Shown here piece by piece: positions 8,108 through 18,381 of a DNA stretch of 64,000 bases. A program made the translations under genes and the position numbers. The notes under the pieces are model-generated. The model made no database searches, was not told where the DNA came from, and saw only the letters and a program-made list of their open reading frames with translations. Source of the DNA: Deltaproteobacteria bacterium (GTDB lineage: Bacteria; Myxococcota_A; Polyangia; Fen-1088); NCBI GenBank assembly GCA_033763315.1, contig JANRKS010000034.1:192001-256000 (forward strand). The letters run 5' to 3'. Numbering within the stretch: position 1 is the stretch's first letter; each line of letters begins with the position of its first letter.

Positions 8108-10786
8108 GTGGCACCAGAATCGAAAGCAGAAGGCGCGCCCACGGCGCTGATGCGCCAGTACCTGGAAGTCAAAGCCCGGTATGCCGATGCCCTGCTATTC
8201 TTCCGCCTGGGCGACTTCTACGAGATGTTCTACGAGGACGCCGTCTATGTGGCGCGCGCGCTCGGGCTCACGCTGACGTCGCGGGACAAGGGCAAAGAAG
8301 ACGCTGTGCCCATGTGTGGTGTGCCTCACCACGCTGCCTCTGGATACATCGCCAAGCTTACCGAACTGGGCCATCGCGTAGCGCTGTGCGAACAGCTCGA
8401 AGATCCTCGATCCGTCAAAGGCATCGTGAAACGCGACGTGGTTCGCGTGATCACGCCCGGGGTGATCATTGACGAGAACACCCTTGATCCACGCACCCCC
8501 AACTTTGTGGCGGCTGTGGCTGGTGAGCCACGTGATGGGTATGCCGTGGCTTTTGCCGATGTCACCACGGGCGATTTTCGCGGCACGTGGGTGCAAAGCC
8601 GCGAAGCCTTGATTGACGAGCTGGCGCGCATCGAGCCCAACGAATTGGTGGTGGATGGCGACGACGAGCTGCCTGCGTTGGTGCGCAAGGCGTATGGCCG
8701 CTTGCCGCAATCGAAGCTTAAAGACGGCTTTACCGATAGCGCCGCTTGCATTGCGTTCTTGCAAACGTGCCTGGGGCCTGGGTGCGATGTCGAAGCGGTG
8801 ACGAAGGCCCCTGCGTTGGCCTTGGCCGCGGCGCGGGTGCTCAAATACGCGCGCGACACGCAGGTGTCGTCGCCTTTGCCGATCAGCGCACTCGAGATCT
8901 ACCGGCGCGATGATCACTTGATCATTGACGAACAGGCGCGTGCGCATCTTGAGCTGACTTGCACGATGACGGGCGGCCACCGCAAAGGATCTTTGCTGGA
9001 CGCGCTTGATGTCACCTGCAGCGCCATGGGCGGACGCTTGTTGCGGCGGTGGCTATTGTTCCCGTTGATCGACGTGGCCGCGATCCGACGCCGCTTGGAC
9101 GCTGTGGAGCGCTTGGTGGCCCACCATGGCGTGCGCGATGAAGTGCGCCGGCATTTGGCTGGGCTTGGGGATCTAGAACGCTTGGCCAGCCGCGCGCGTT
9201 TGGGCGTGGCCACCCCGCGAGATCTCTCTGTGTTGGGGCGATCGTTGCGTGATTTGCCCGCGTTGGCCGAGGCGCTGATGCAAGCGTCGCAAGATCTCGT
9301 TCCCGAAGATCCAGCGGGCGATCTATTGCATTTGGGCGGCGATTTGGAAGACGCGCTTGCCGAAGAGTTGACAGCCACGTTGAAAGAAGGCGCGGGCGCT
9401 CAAACGAAAGACGGCGGCTACGTCAACGATGGCGTCTCTGCAGAATTGGATGAACTGCGTTCGATCGCCAGTGGTGGCCGCGATCGCATCGTGCAAATCG
9501 AGGCGCGCGAGCGCACCCGCACAGGCATTCCTTCTTTGAAGGTGAAGTTCAACAACGTCTTCGGGTACTACATCGAGATCACCAAAACGCACCTCGCTGC
9601 GGTTCCCGCGGATTACACACGCAAACAAACGGTCGCCAACGCCGAACGTTTCGTTACGCCGGAGCTGGCGGAATACGAAGAGAAGATCGTGTCGGCTGAT
9701 GATCGCCGTGTGGCGCTTGAGTTAGCCATCTTCACTGTGCTTCGAGACAAGGTGGCTGCGGCTGCCCCGCGGTTGCTGGCGCTCGCGGCCAAGGTGGCCA
9801 CCGTTGACGTGGTGGCAGCGCTCGCCGAGCAAGCGCACCGCAATGGTTATGTTCGCCCCGAAGTCGATGACAGTGAAACGCTGGACTTCACTGATTCACG
9901 CCACCCCGTGGTGGAACGGCTGGCCGCTGCGGGTGGCTTCGTCCCGAACGATGTGCGTATCGACACCGAAAGCCAGCAGCTGTTGTTGGTGACCGGTCCC
10001 AATATGGCGGGCAAAAGCACACTCATTCGGCAGGTGGCCTTGTGTGTGATCATGGGGCAAATGGGCAGCTTTGTGCCCGCCCGCACCGCGCGCCTCGGCG
10101 TGTGTGACCGGGTCTTCACGCGCGTGGGTGCGGGTGACAACCTGGCGAGGGGCGAATCCACTTTCTTGGTGGAGATGCGGGAAACGGCCCACATCCTGCG
10201 CAACGCCAGCCGCAAGAGTTTGGTGATCTTGGACGAGATCGGCCGCGGCACCTCCACATACGACGGCGTTTCCATCGCGTGGGCGGTGGCCGAACACTTG
10301 CACGACCGGATCGGCGCGCGTGCCTTGTTTGCCACGCATTACCACGAGCTTTGTGCGCTTTGTGAGCTTCACCCTAAAGTGGTGAACGTGGCGGTGGCCG
10401 CCCGCGAATGGAACGGTGAAGTGGTGTTTTTGCGCAAGCTCACCCCCGGTGGCGCCAGCCGTTCTTTTGGCGTGGAGGTCGCGAAATTGGCGGGTTTACC
10501 CGCGGCCGTGGTGGCACGCGCGCAAGACATTTTGCGATCGCTCGAATCCACCCGCGGCACCGCCGCCGGGCCCTTGATGGTTGTTCCCCGTGACGATAAG
10601 GCGCCACAGCTGGGGCTTTTTGATCGCCCGCCGCCGTCAGTGGCGCCGGCGTCTTTGGCGCAGGCGTTTCCTTGGGCCCACGAGGTCATTGAGCGGCTTC
10701 GAAACGCCGAGGCCGATGATTTATCGCCACGGGCGGCGTGGGACCTGGTGGCCGAATTGCAAAAGAAGTTGACCTCCACAGATTGA
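8108..10786 (+). CDS. mutS: DNA mismatch repair protein MutS
   Basis: FFRLGDFYEMF, GPNMAGKST Walker A, ESTFLVEM, LDEIGRGTST, ATHYHEL; start uncertain (GTG 8108 or ATG 8150). Confidence 0.98.
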   Translation: MAPESKAEGAPTALMRQYLEVKARYADALLFFRLGDFYEMFYEDAVYVARALGLTLTSRDKGKEDAVPMCGVPHHAASGYIAKLTELGHRVALCEQLEDPRSVKGIVKRDVVRVITPGVIIDENTLDPRTPNFVAAVAGEPRDGYAVAFADVTTGDFRGTWVQSREALIDELARIEPNELVVDGDDELPALVRKAYGRLPQSKLKDGFTDSAACIAFLQTCLGPGCDVEAVTKAPALALAAARVLKYARDTQVSSPLPISALEIYRRDDHLIIDEQARAHLELTCTMTGGHRKGSLLDALDVTCSAMGGRLLRRWLLFPLIDVAAIRRRLDAVERLVAHHGVRDEVRRHLAGLGDLERLASRARLGVATPRDLSVLGRSLRDLPALAEALMQASQDLVPEDPAGDLLHLGGDLEDALAEELTATLKEGAGAQTKDGGYVNDGVSAELDELRSIASGGRDRIVQIEARERTRTGIPSLKVKFNNVFGYYIEITKTHLAAVPADYTRKQTVANAERFVTPELAEYEEKIVSADDRRVALELAIFTVLRDKVAAAAPRLLALAAKVATVDVVAALAEQAHRNGYVRPEVDDSETLDFTDSRHPVVERLAAAGGFVPNDVRIDTESQQLLLVTGPNMAGKSTLIRQVALCVIMGQMGSFVPARTARLGVCDRVFTRVGAGDNLARGESTFLVEMRETAHILRNASRKSLVILDEIGRGTSTYDGVSIAWAVAEHLHDRIGARALFATHYHELCALCELHPKVVNVAVAAREWNGEVVFLRKLTPGGASRSFGVEVAKLAGLPAAVVARAQDILRSLESTRGTAAGPLMVVPRDDKAPQLGLFDRPPPSVAPASLAQAFPWAHEVIERLRNAEADDLSPRAAWDLVAELQKKLTSTD

Positions 10787-10802
10787 TCCGCACCATAAAC
10801 TT

Positions 10803-11696
10803 GTGGTGCGGCTGCGTTTCCCTCGTGCACTGATGCTGGTGCTTGCCCTGGTTTGGCCGGGAGGCATGGCCTCAGCGGCAACACCGGTGAAACGCACGTC
10901 CGCCCCTGTGGCGCGTGCCCGGCCGTCGACAAAGGCTGCCTCTGCCTCGTCGCAGGGGGGGGTGAGCCACAGCCGCACGCGTTCGGGGCGTTCCACCAAG
11001 GCCAATGCGTCCGCTCGGCGATCGTCGCCGAAGAAGCGTCCCCGCTGGGCACCGGTGGAGATGTTTCACGTCAACACGCGCGAAGTGGTTCAGTTGCGCA
11101 TCGCCGACAGCCGTGGGCGCGCGATCAAGGGCGCCAACAAACGCTACGATAAGTTCTTTCGCTGCCATCACACGAACCACCAGCACAAGATGGATCCGCG
11201 GCTTGTGCGCCTGCTTTACGAGGTGGGGCGGCACTATGACGGCCGCCGCATCGAAGTGATCTCGGGCTACCGCGACCCGGGAGTTGCGAAGAACCCGAAG
11301 AGTCCCCACAAACTGGGCCTGGCCTGTGATTTTCGCGTGGTGGGGATTCGCAACCAAGAGCTGCGCGATTACCTGCGCAAATCGTTCGACCACGTGGGTG
11401 TAGGTTATTACCCGAACTCGTCGTTCGTGCACTTGGACGTGCGCACGGGCGGGTCGGCCTTTTGGATCGACTACTCGTCACCGGGGGGCAACTCGCTTTA
11501 TTCCGAAAACCCCAGTGAAGACCTCAAAACGGGCCGTGCTGACACGTTCAAGCCGACGGCCATCGATCCCGCCTGGGCCAAAGAGGGGGCAAACGACAGC
11601 GAAGAAGGCAACGAATCAGATAACCCCGCTTGCTGTGAAGAAGTGGCGCCTGCCACTGTCGCGGCTCCGCCCGAGGCGCCCAAACCTGCCGAGTAG
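10803..11696 (+). CDS. YcbK/DUF882 family peptidase M15 (peptidoglycan endopeptidase-like)
   Basis: Signal peptide; MDPRL, ISGYR, SPHKLGLACD, GVGYYPNSSFVHLD. Confidence 0.88.
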   Translation: MVRLRFPRALMLVLALVWPGGMASAATPVKRTSAPVARARPSTKAASASSQGGVSHSRTRSGRSTKANASARRSSPKKRPRWAPVEMFHVNTREVVQLRIADSRGRAIKGANKRYDKFFRCHHTNHQHKMDPRLVRLLYEVGRHYDGRRIEVISGYRDPGVAKNPKSPHKLGLACDFRVVGIRNQELRDYLRKSFDHVGVGYYPNSSFVHLDVRTGGSAFWIDYSSPGGNSLYSENPSEDLKTGRADTFKPTAIDPAWAKEGANDSEEGNESDNPACCEEVAPATVAAPPEAPKPAE

Positions 11697-11832
11697 AATA
11701 TTTTGCCCCTCGCCAACGCCCAAGGGCTGGGTGTTTGCTGTCGTGAGGGGGGCCACCCCGATGGTCTTGCTTTTCTGGCGTGGCGGCCAATGCTAAAACC
11801 CTGTTAACTTTCGCGCGTCAGGAGTTCATTTC

Positions 11833-12882
11833 ATGAAGCGTTTTGCCCGTTGGACCGTGGTGTCGACTTTGGTGTTGTCACCGTTATTGGCCTCGTCTCT
11901 GCCCGGATCCCGCGGATCTGAGGCGCACGCTGCCCCGAAAAAAGCTGCCAAGGCGGCCAAACCTGCCAAAGCCGCGGCGGCGCCTCCCAACGCCAACGCC
12001 GAGGAGATCAACAAGCTTAAGGGCGAATTTAAGTGGGGTATGCCCGTTGAAGAAGTGCAAAAGGGCATGGAGCAGCGGGTCCGCGACAGCTACGCCGAAG
12101 AATTGAAAAAGGCGATCAAGGATCCAACGCAGTACGCGCGCAAACGTTCTGAGATCGAAAAGGAGGTCAAAGCCATCAAGGCGAACTACGTAAAGTTCGA
12201 AGGCAAGAAGACCGGCTACGATTCTTCGATCGTCGACCAGGAATTCGCGCACAAGACGGATGAGTCGATGCTGACCTCGCGTGACGACAAGAACACGCGC
12301 TACTACTTCTTCGTGGACGGCAAGCTCTACAAGATCTTCACGGCGTTCAGCAAAGAGGTTTTGCAGGACAAGTCGTTTACCGACTTCGGCGAGCTGATGC
12401 AGGCGCGCTTCGGCAAAGCCAAGCAGGTGATGGTGGAGGAAAAAACGAAGGCTGGCGTGAGCACCAAGCTTGACCACTACGAGTGGTCTTCGGCCTCTGG
12501 TGATGGTTTGCGTTTGGTCGACCGGAGCGAGTTCTACGACGTTTACTGCTTGGTGATCTACGATCGCAAGGTGGCCGATGCGTTGGCGCAAACGCGTGAA
12601 CGGGTGCACCCGCACGCGACCGGCAAAGATTCATTGGTGGAAGCGGCACTGACGGGCGATCGCAGCGGTGACGACGTGAACGCCAACATCATCGATCAGA
12701 TCGCAGGCAAGGATTACGCGAAACCCGGTGCCGCACCAGCGGACATCGTGGTGCCGAGCCCCTCGGGTGTGGCGCCCACCGCGGCGCAGGTCAACGCTGG
12801 CAGCAAGAAGGAAACCGGAGGCGGCAAGAAATCCGGCGCCACCAACAGCAAGAAGAGCGCTAGCGACGAGCTTGAGCTTTAA
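11833..12882 (+). CDS. Secreted hypothetical protein
   Basis: RBS AGGAG, signal peptide, 349-aa ORF with strong GC3 codon bias; followed by a terminator. Confidence 0.85.
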   Translation: MKRFARWTVVSTLVLSPLLASSLPGSRGSEAHAAPKKAAKAAKPAKAAAAPPNANAEEINKLKGEFKWGMPVEEVQKGMEQRVRDSYAEELKKAIKDPTQYARKRSEIEKEVKAIKANYVKFEGKKTGYDSSIVDQEFAHKTDESMLTSRDDKNTRYYFFVDGKLYKIFTAFSKEVLQDKSFTDFGELMQARFGKAKQVMVEEKTKAGVSTKLDHYEWSSASGDGLRLVDRSEFYDVYCLVIYDRKVADALAQTRERVHPHATGKDSLVEAALTGDRSGDDVNANIIDQIAGKDYAKPGAAPADIVVPSPSGVAPTAAQVNAGSKKETGGGKKSGATNSKKSASDELEL

Positions 12883-12900
12883 GCGCGTTTAACGGCCAAA

Positions 12901-12942
12901 AGAAAAATAAACGGGGTGAGCCTTCACCCCGTTTTTGTTTTT
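12901..12942 (+). terminator. Rho-independent terminator (likely bidirectional)
   Basis: AAACGGGGTGA-gcct-TCACCCCGTTT hairpin with an upstream A-tract and a downstream T-tract. Confidence 0.85.
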
Positions 12943-13159
12943 AGGCCACCGAGCCCCCGTAAAAACAGCCTTCGGCAAACGGGGCGCGGCGGGTTTCCTT
13001 GGCGCGCATGCATGGAACTACTTTGCATGACAACATGCTAGTGACCTCGAGCGGTGAGGAGCAGGTGCGTACGGGCTCTACATGCATGGTACAAATGCAC
13101 CACGCTTGCGCGGCACAAACCTCCTTAAGTGAGAAAATTTGCCGATAAGATAAGACGCC

Positions 13160-16135
13160 TTGTCTGCGCGCGTCTCACAGTGTGTTCGTCTTGTCACCCT
13201 TGCTGTGCTGCTGTGGGCTCACATTCGCTGCGGTTTGGTCCACGCCGCAGACACCCTGGTGACGTCCGAAAGCGCACGGCGCTTCCCGCAGATGCGACAG
13301 GTGCATGCCATCACCCAGGACGCGCATGGCTTCCTGTGGTTGGGCACCGAGGCGGGCCTGTGGAATTTTGACGGCACCCATTTCCAATCCGTCTCTGCAC
13401 CTCGGTTTGGCGCGGTTGTGGCGCTGGCCGTGGACGGCGTGGGCAACGTGTGGCTTGCGAAGCGCAAAGACCTCGATGGCGCCGTTTACCGCTTGAGCAA
13501 GGGTGTACTTGCTGAGCAGCCCGACTTCGCCCGCGTGACGGGGGCCGAGATCGAAGATCTACGGGTGGACGGACGCGATCGTGTGTGGGTGCGTTCGAAG
13601 CGCGGGTTGTTCATGAAGGCCGAGGGCGACGCCGTGGTGCAGGTGGGGCCGTCGCAAGGCCTTAAGGGCGACGTGGTCACGGCCTTGATGGTGCACGGAA
13701 AGTCGGTTTGGGCGGCCACGAACGCAGGTGTATTCGCCACGCAGGACACGCAATTTGTGCAGAAGGCGGACGACGTTGACATCACAGCGATGTGTCTCGA
13801 CAACACACAACGCTTGTGGCTCGCGCATGGGGCAAGCCAACCACGCCTGACCTACCTGGAGCGCGGGGCACGGCAGGCATTGCCTGCAAGCCCTGATGTA
13901 GATCTGCCACGGGTGACGTCACTGGCGCCTTTTGACGGCGGGCTCGTGGCCACGAGCGTCTATGGGTTTTGGTGGACTGACGGCAAAGAAGTGAAGCCTT
14001 TTGCGTTTCCTGATGTGGGGCGCGATGTGAACGCTTGGTCGGCGTTTGTGGATCGAGATCAAAACCTGTGGGTGGGAACGGACTTTGATGGGCTTTTGCA
14101 GGTGCGCCGGCAGCCCCTCGTCCGCACCAAGTCGGTGGCATCACTGGGCCACGGCAGCGCTGTTTTTGCGCTTGCGAAAGACAAGACCGGGGCCGTGTGG
14201 GCTTCACTGCCGCAGGGCCCGGCTCGCAGTTCAGCTCAAGGGTGGGAGGTGTTCCCCATTCCTGCTGCCTTGCGAGTGTTCACCCCTCGATCACTGTCCT
14301 TTGGAACCCATGGAGAGCTTTGGATAGGCACGATGAGCGAAGGCGTGGTGCGTTTGGTGAACGGGGAATTTACGCATTTTACCGCGCCCTCAGATTTGCC
14401 CTCAAACGCGATGCCCAACCTCTTCCACACGCGCGAAGGCGCTTTGTATGTCGGGCAAGCGGGTGGTGGCTTGCTCACGTTTTCCGATGGCAAGTTCACT
14501 GAGATCAAGGGCTCGCGGCAGGTGTGCCCCGCCACAGTGGCGTCGTTTGATCAAGCCGCAGACGGCGCGCTTTGGTTTGCCACGGCGGGTGCGGGCCTTT
14601 GCCGTTACGACGGCACTGGCATCGAAGCCTGGACGACGAAGGAGGGGCTGCCCGAAAACGATCTGCGTGCGCTTTACGTGGATAACCACAATGTGATTTG
14701 GATTGGCACCAACCAGCTGGGGTTGGCCGTCAAGCGGTCCGACAAGATCGAGGCGGTACCGTTGGACCTCGACCTCAACCTTGAGGAAGTGGCCTCGATC
14801 ATCGGTGACAACGAAGGCAACATTTGGCTGAGCACGCCGATCGGTTTGTTTCGCATCAATGCCGCCGACGTGTTCGACGTACTGGATGGCAAGCGCGCGT
14901 CCATCCGTTCTTTGAAGATCGGCATGGAGGACGGTTTGCTTAGCGGCACATTCTTGGGGCAATGGACGGCCAGCGCGTTGCGCACCGCAGAGGGCAGCTT
15001 GTGGTTTCCGAACTTCCGTGGATTGGTGCAGGTGCCTTCACCGAAGATTGCCACCACGCAGAATCTGCCCAAGCCCCACGTTGACCTATTTTTGATCAAT
15101 GGCAAGCCATTGGATCCAAGCCAAACGCTGGAGGTGCCGGTGGGCGGCGGCAACGTGGAGGTGGCGTTCTCGGCCGCCGAGTTCATGTACCCGCACCGCC
15201 TGCAGTTCTCGCACAAACTGATCGGACAAGAATACAAAGTTGACGAGCGGTGGCGTGCCACGGGTGAAAAGCGGTCGATCTTTTACGCCAACCTCGCTCC
15301 GGGGCACTACGAAATGCACATCGTGGTTGGCACAACCGATCGCGACGACAAGCAGTCAGCGGTTGTGCGTTTTCGATTGGTTCCCCCGCTATACCGAACC
15401 ACGCCGTTCTATCTGGGCTGCGTAACCATGTTTGCCCTGCTGCTTTATGCTTTTTATCGACTGCGCATGTGGCAGGTGCGTGATCGGTTCAATGCCGTGA
15501 TGAGTGATCGCGGGCGCATCGCACGCGACATGCATGACACCCTCGAACAAGGGCTGATCGCCATGAAGTTGCAAACGGAGTCGTTGCTTAAGAACGCACA
15601 CAACCACGATGAGGTCACATCGCGTGCAGCGCGCATCCAATCGCTTATTGGTGAGAGCTTGCGTGATGCCAAGAGTTCTGTGTGGGCCTTGCGTGCCGAA
15701 GCGTCAGGCAACACAGATTTGGCCACGGCGTTGTCGGTGTCTGTGGGGTGGCTGCTGCGGGGCACGGAGGTGAAGTTTGAGTCGGAACTGAAGGGGAAAG
15801 CGTGCAGGCTTGAACCCGAGGCACAACAGCAGATTGTGCGAATCATTCAAGAGGCCCTCAACAACGCTGTCAAACACGGGCAGTGCCGCAGTGTGAAACT
15901 TGTTCTGGATTTCTCACAAGCGGACGTTCGCGTGGCGTTGAGCGATGATGGGCGTGGTTTCGACAACGCAGCCGGACCCGCCGAAGGTCATTTTGGCTTG
16001 TTGGGTATGCGCGAACGCGCCGACCAGGTGGGTGTGAAACTGGCCATCGACAGCGAAAGTGGCGTGGGTACAAAGATTTTGATCGTGGTTCCCAAACGTT
16101 TGCGGCGCGCCACTTTGGCGCAGGATTCGGAGTAA
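13160..16135 (+). CDS. Sensor histidine kinase with periplasmic beta-propeller (Reg_prop) and Y_Y_Y domains, HisKA_3 and HATPase_c
   Basis: Repeated DxxGxLWxGT units; YANLAPGHY; TM helix; RIARDMHDTLEQGL; EALNNAVKH; DDGRGF; GLLGMRERA. Confidence 0.93.
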   Translation: MSARVSQCVRLVTLAVLLWAHIRCGLVHAADTLVTSESARRFPQMRQVHAITQDAHGFLWLGTEAGLWNFDGTHFQSVSAPRFGAVVALAVDGVGNVWLAKRKDLDGAVYRLSKGVLAEQPDFARVTGAEIEDLRVDGRDRVWVRSKRGLFMKAEGDAVVQVGPSQGLKGDVVTALMVHGKSVWAATNAGVFATQDTQFVQKADDVDITAMCLDNTQRLWLAHGASQPRLTYLERGARQALPASPDVDLPRVTSLAPFDGGLVATSVYGFWWTDGKEVKPFAFPDVGRDVNAWSAFVDRDQNLWVGTDFDGLLQVRRQPLVRTKSVASLGHGSAVFALAKDKTGAVWASLPQGPARSSAQGWEVFPIPAALRVFTPRSLSFGTHGELWIGTMSEGVVRLVNGEFTHFTAPSDLPSNAMPNLFHTREGALYVGQAGGGLLTFSDGKFTEIKGSRQVCPATVASFDQAADGALWFATAGAGLCRYDGTGIEAWTTKEGLPENDLRALYVDNHNVIWIGTNQLGLAVKRSDKIEAVPLDLDLNLEEVASIIGDNEGNIWLSTPIGLFRINAADVFDVLDGKRASIRSLKIGMEDGLLSGTFLGQWTASALRTAEGSLWFPNFRGLVQVPSPKIATTQNLPKPHVDLFLINGKPLDPSQTLEVPVGGGNVEVAFSAAEFMYPHRLQFSHKLIGQEYKVDERWRATGEKRSIFYANLAPGHYEMHIVVGTTDRDDKQSAVVRFRLVPPLYRTTPFYLGCVTMFALLLYAFYRLRMWQVRDRFNAVMSDRGRIARDMHDTLEQGLIAMKLQTESLLKNAHNHDEVTSRAARIQSLIGESLRDAKSSVWALRAEASGNTDLATALSVSVGWLLRGTEVKFESELKGKACRLEPEAQQQIVRIIQEALNNAVKHGQCRSVKLVLDFSQADVRVALSDDGRGFDNAAGPAEGHFGLLGMRERADQVGVKLAIDSESGVGTKILIVVPKRLRRATLAQDSE

Positions 16136-16139
16136 CGTC

Positions 16140-16778
16140 ATGTCAGTGCAAGAGCAGCGGCGCATTCGTGTGGCCATCGTTGAGGATCACGCCATCGTTC
16201 GCGATGGCCTCACGTCCGTGATTGGGTCTGAACCCGACCTCGAAGTTGTGGCCGCATACGCCAGCGGTGAAGAAGCCATCAACGGCATCGAAAAGGATCA
16301 ACCGGATATTGTGATTCTTGATATGCGCTTGCCTGGCCTTGATGGACTGGCCACGCTGTCGCTTCTGCAACTGCGCCGGCCTGGGCAGCGGGTGCTGATC
16401 GTTTCGAGCCAAGAGGGCGACGAAGCGGTTTACCGGGCGCTTAAGTCGGGGGCTGTGGGTTATGTGTTGAAGAAGCAGCCCAGCGAAGATCTGCTGGCAG
16501 CGATTCGGGCGGGGGTCACGGGCTCTGCGCAGCTGTCATCCGAGGTGGCGGCGTTGCTGTCGCGGCGTCTCGGCTCCAGCGATCTCACGGCGCGGGAGCT
16601 TGAGATTCTACGGCGTGTGGCCAATGGGCACAGCAACAAAGAAATCGCGGCGGCGCTCGGGATCTCCCACAACACGGTCAAAAACCACATCGTCGGCGTC
16701 ATGACCAAGCTTTCCGCCTCAGATCGCACCCACGCGGTCACGATTGCCTTGCAGCGCGGCCTTATCAATATAGGCTGA
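16140..16778 (+). CDS. NarL/LuxR family response regulator
   Basis: REC domain (EDH, LDMRLPGLDG, GYVLK) plus HTH LTARELEIL...SNKEIA. Confidence 0.95.
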   Translation: MSVQEQRRIRVAIVEDHAIVRDGLTSVIGSEPDLEVVAAYASGEEAINGIEKDQPDIVILDMRLPGLDGLATLSLLQLRRPGQRVLIVSSQEGDEAVYRALKSGAVGYVLKKQPSEDLLAAIRAGVTGSAQLSSEVAALLSRRLGSSDLTARELEILRRVANGHSNKEIAAALGISHNTVKNHIVGVMTKLSASDRTHAVTIALQRGLINIG

Positions 16779-16848
16779 GCGTTCGCCGGCCTTAAGCCGC
16801 ATCGTGTCGAGGATGCGTTGGCGGCTGCACTTGGGGGGTGACTTGCCC

Positions 16849-16877
16849 TTGACAAGGGCGGCCCACTTCACCAAAAT
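16849..16877 (+). promoter_or_regulatory. sigma70 promoter of rpsT
   Basis: TTGACA (16849-16854), 17-nt spacer, CAAAAT (16872-16877). Confidence 0.7.
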
Positions 16878-16909
16878 CCCCGACTCTTCAAACCGACCCG
16901 AGGGTTCCA

Positions 16910-17176
16910 TTGGCCAATAAGAAGTCAGCTGAAAAGCAAAATCGTAGCCGTATCAAGCGCACCGCGGCTAATAACTCACGCCGTTCCGAGATGCGGACCG
17001 CCATCAAAAAAGTCCGGGCCGCTGTGGCCGCCAAGAAGGGCGACGAAGCCCAGGCTCTGTTGAAAGAAGCTGTGAGCTTGATCGACCGCGCTGGTGGTCG
17101 TCAACTCATCAGCAAGAACACGTCGGCTCGGTTGGTTTCGCGGCTTACCACGGCTGCAAACCAAGCGCGCGCTTAA
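16910..17176 (+). CDS. rpsT: 30S ribosomal protein S20
   Basis: MANKKSAEKQNR...RSEMRTAIKK...IDRA...KNTSARLVSRL; TTG start. Confidence 0.96.
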   Translation: MANKKSAEKQNRSRIKRTAANNSRRSEMRTAIKKVRAAVAAKKGDEAQALLKEAVSLIDRAGGRQLISKNTSARLVSRLTTAANQARA

Positions 17177-17198
17177 GCAGACAACACACGCAATCCAG

Positions 17199-17232
17199 GC
17201 GCCCCGCTCGTCAGAGTGAGGGCGCTATTGTT
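17199..17232 (+). terminator. Probable terminator hairpin between convergent rpsT and holA
   Basis: GCGCCC-CGCTC-gtca-GAGTG-A-GGGCGC followed by T-rich sequence. Confidence 0.5.
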
Positions 17233-17246
17233 GTTTGTGGGCCCGC

Positions 17247-18323
17247 TCAACGCCGGTTGAGTTCATCGGCCAAATCACGCACCAATTTGGTGACCAACAG
17301 TTCGGGTTCAACGCGTGAGGATTTGAGCAGCCGGTCGGCGCGGTAAAGGTGATCGAAGCTTCGCTTAAGCGCCGGCACGGACACGCGCCGGGCTGGGCCC
17401 AAGATTTCGTCGAGGGCAAAAGGCGGCACACCGATCGCGCCTGGCAGATCGGCACGCGGCGTGTTCGCCGTGAGCAATTCCTTGGCCCGCCAGATTTGCC
17501 GCAGCTGTCGCAGCAAGGCGCCTTGAATCAACAGCGGCGGCTCGCGATCGCGCAGCAGTTGCCCCACAAGTGCCAACGCCTTGCCAGGTTGACCATCGGC
17601 CAACGCGCGCGTGAGTTCGAACACCTGCCGCTCACGGCTCTCTGGAATCAAGGCTTCCACGTGTGGCCGCTGGATCTCTTCGGGATCGCCGCTTTCGGTG
17701 CGCGCAAACAGGGTCAATTGCCCCAGCGCTTGCGACAAACGGCCTAGGTCGGGCCCTGCCGCCTCGGCGAGGGCGCGTGCGCCATCGGGTGAGATGGCAA
17801 TGCTTTGGCGTTTCGCCTCCTGCTGCAACCAGCGCGCGAGTTCGGAATCGCGCAGGCGCGCAAACTCATGCAAAACGCCGAGCTTCTTGAGGGTTGCAAA
17901 GGCTTTGAGGCGACCGTCAACTTTGTCGGGCTTGTCTGCCACGAGCACGAGCACGGTGGTGGGGTTCGGATCTTGGGCGTAGGTGACCAACGGCTCTAAA
18001 GCATCGGCTTTGGCTTGGTCGAGCCCACGCGCCACCACGAGCATGCGCTTGGCAAACATCGGCAGCGTGCGGCAAGCGTTGATGACCGCGGGCACACCCG
18101 CTTCTTTGAGATCAAAAATCTCCTCGTTGAGCGCTTGGCCTTTCGTGTTGCCCACAACGTGGCTGCGAAGCGCATCCAAGCACTGCTGGATGAGGTGGCG
18201 TTCGGCACCGTGAAACGCATACACGGCGTCTAGGTCGCCCGCCATGATGTTTGATAGGACGTCGCCACCTTTGGCGGCGGTTTTGCCTTTGGGGCCCGCC
18301 GGCCCACCTTTGCTTGCAGCCAC
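17247..18323 (-). CDS. holA: DNA polymerase III delta subunit
   Basis: VYAFHGAE, TLPMFAKRMLVV, VFELTRAL, ADRLLKSS; conserved position next to rpsT. Confidence 0.92.
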   Translation of the reverse strand: MAASKGGPAGPKGKTAAKGGDVLSNIMAGDLDAVYAFHGAERHLIQQCLDALRSHVVGNTKGQALNEEIFDLKEAGVPAVINACRTLPMFAKRMLVVARGLDQAKADALEPLVTYAQDPNPTTVLVLVADKPDKVDGRLKAFATLKKLGVLHEFARLRDSELARWLQQEAKRQSIAISPDGARALAEAAGPDLGRLSQALGQLTLFARTESGDPEEIQRPHVEALIPESRERQVFELTRALADGQPGKALALVGQLLRDREPPLLIQGALLRQLRQIWRAKELLTANTPRADLPGAIGVPPFALDEILGPARRVSVPALKRSFDHLYRADRLLKSSRVEPELLVTKLVRDLADELNRR

Positions 18324-18381
18324 GGTGAGGTTCTACACCAGCCCCTTGAACCCAGCCGCGAAAAACGCCAGGGTCACACAC

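Noticed and set aside
13013-13027. TGGAAC...TTGCA resembling a sigma54 promoter
   Set aside because: GG-to-GC spacing is 9 nt, not the required 10
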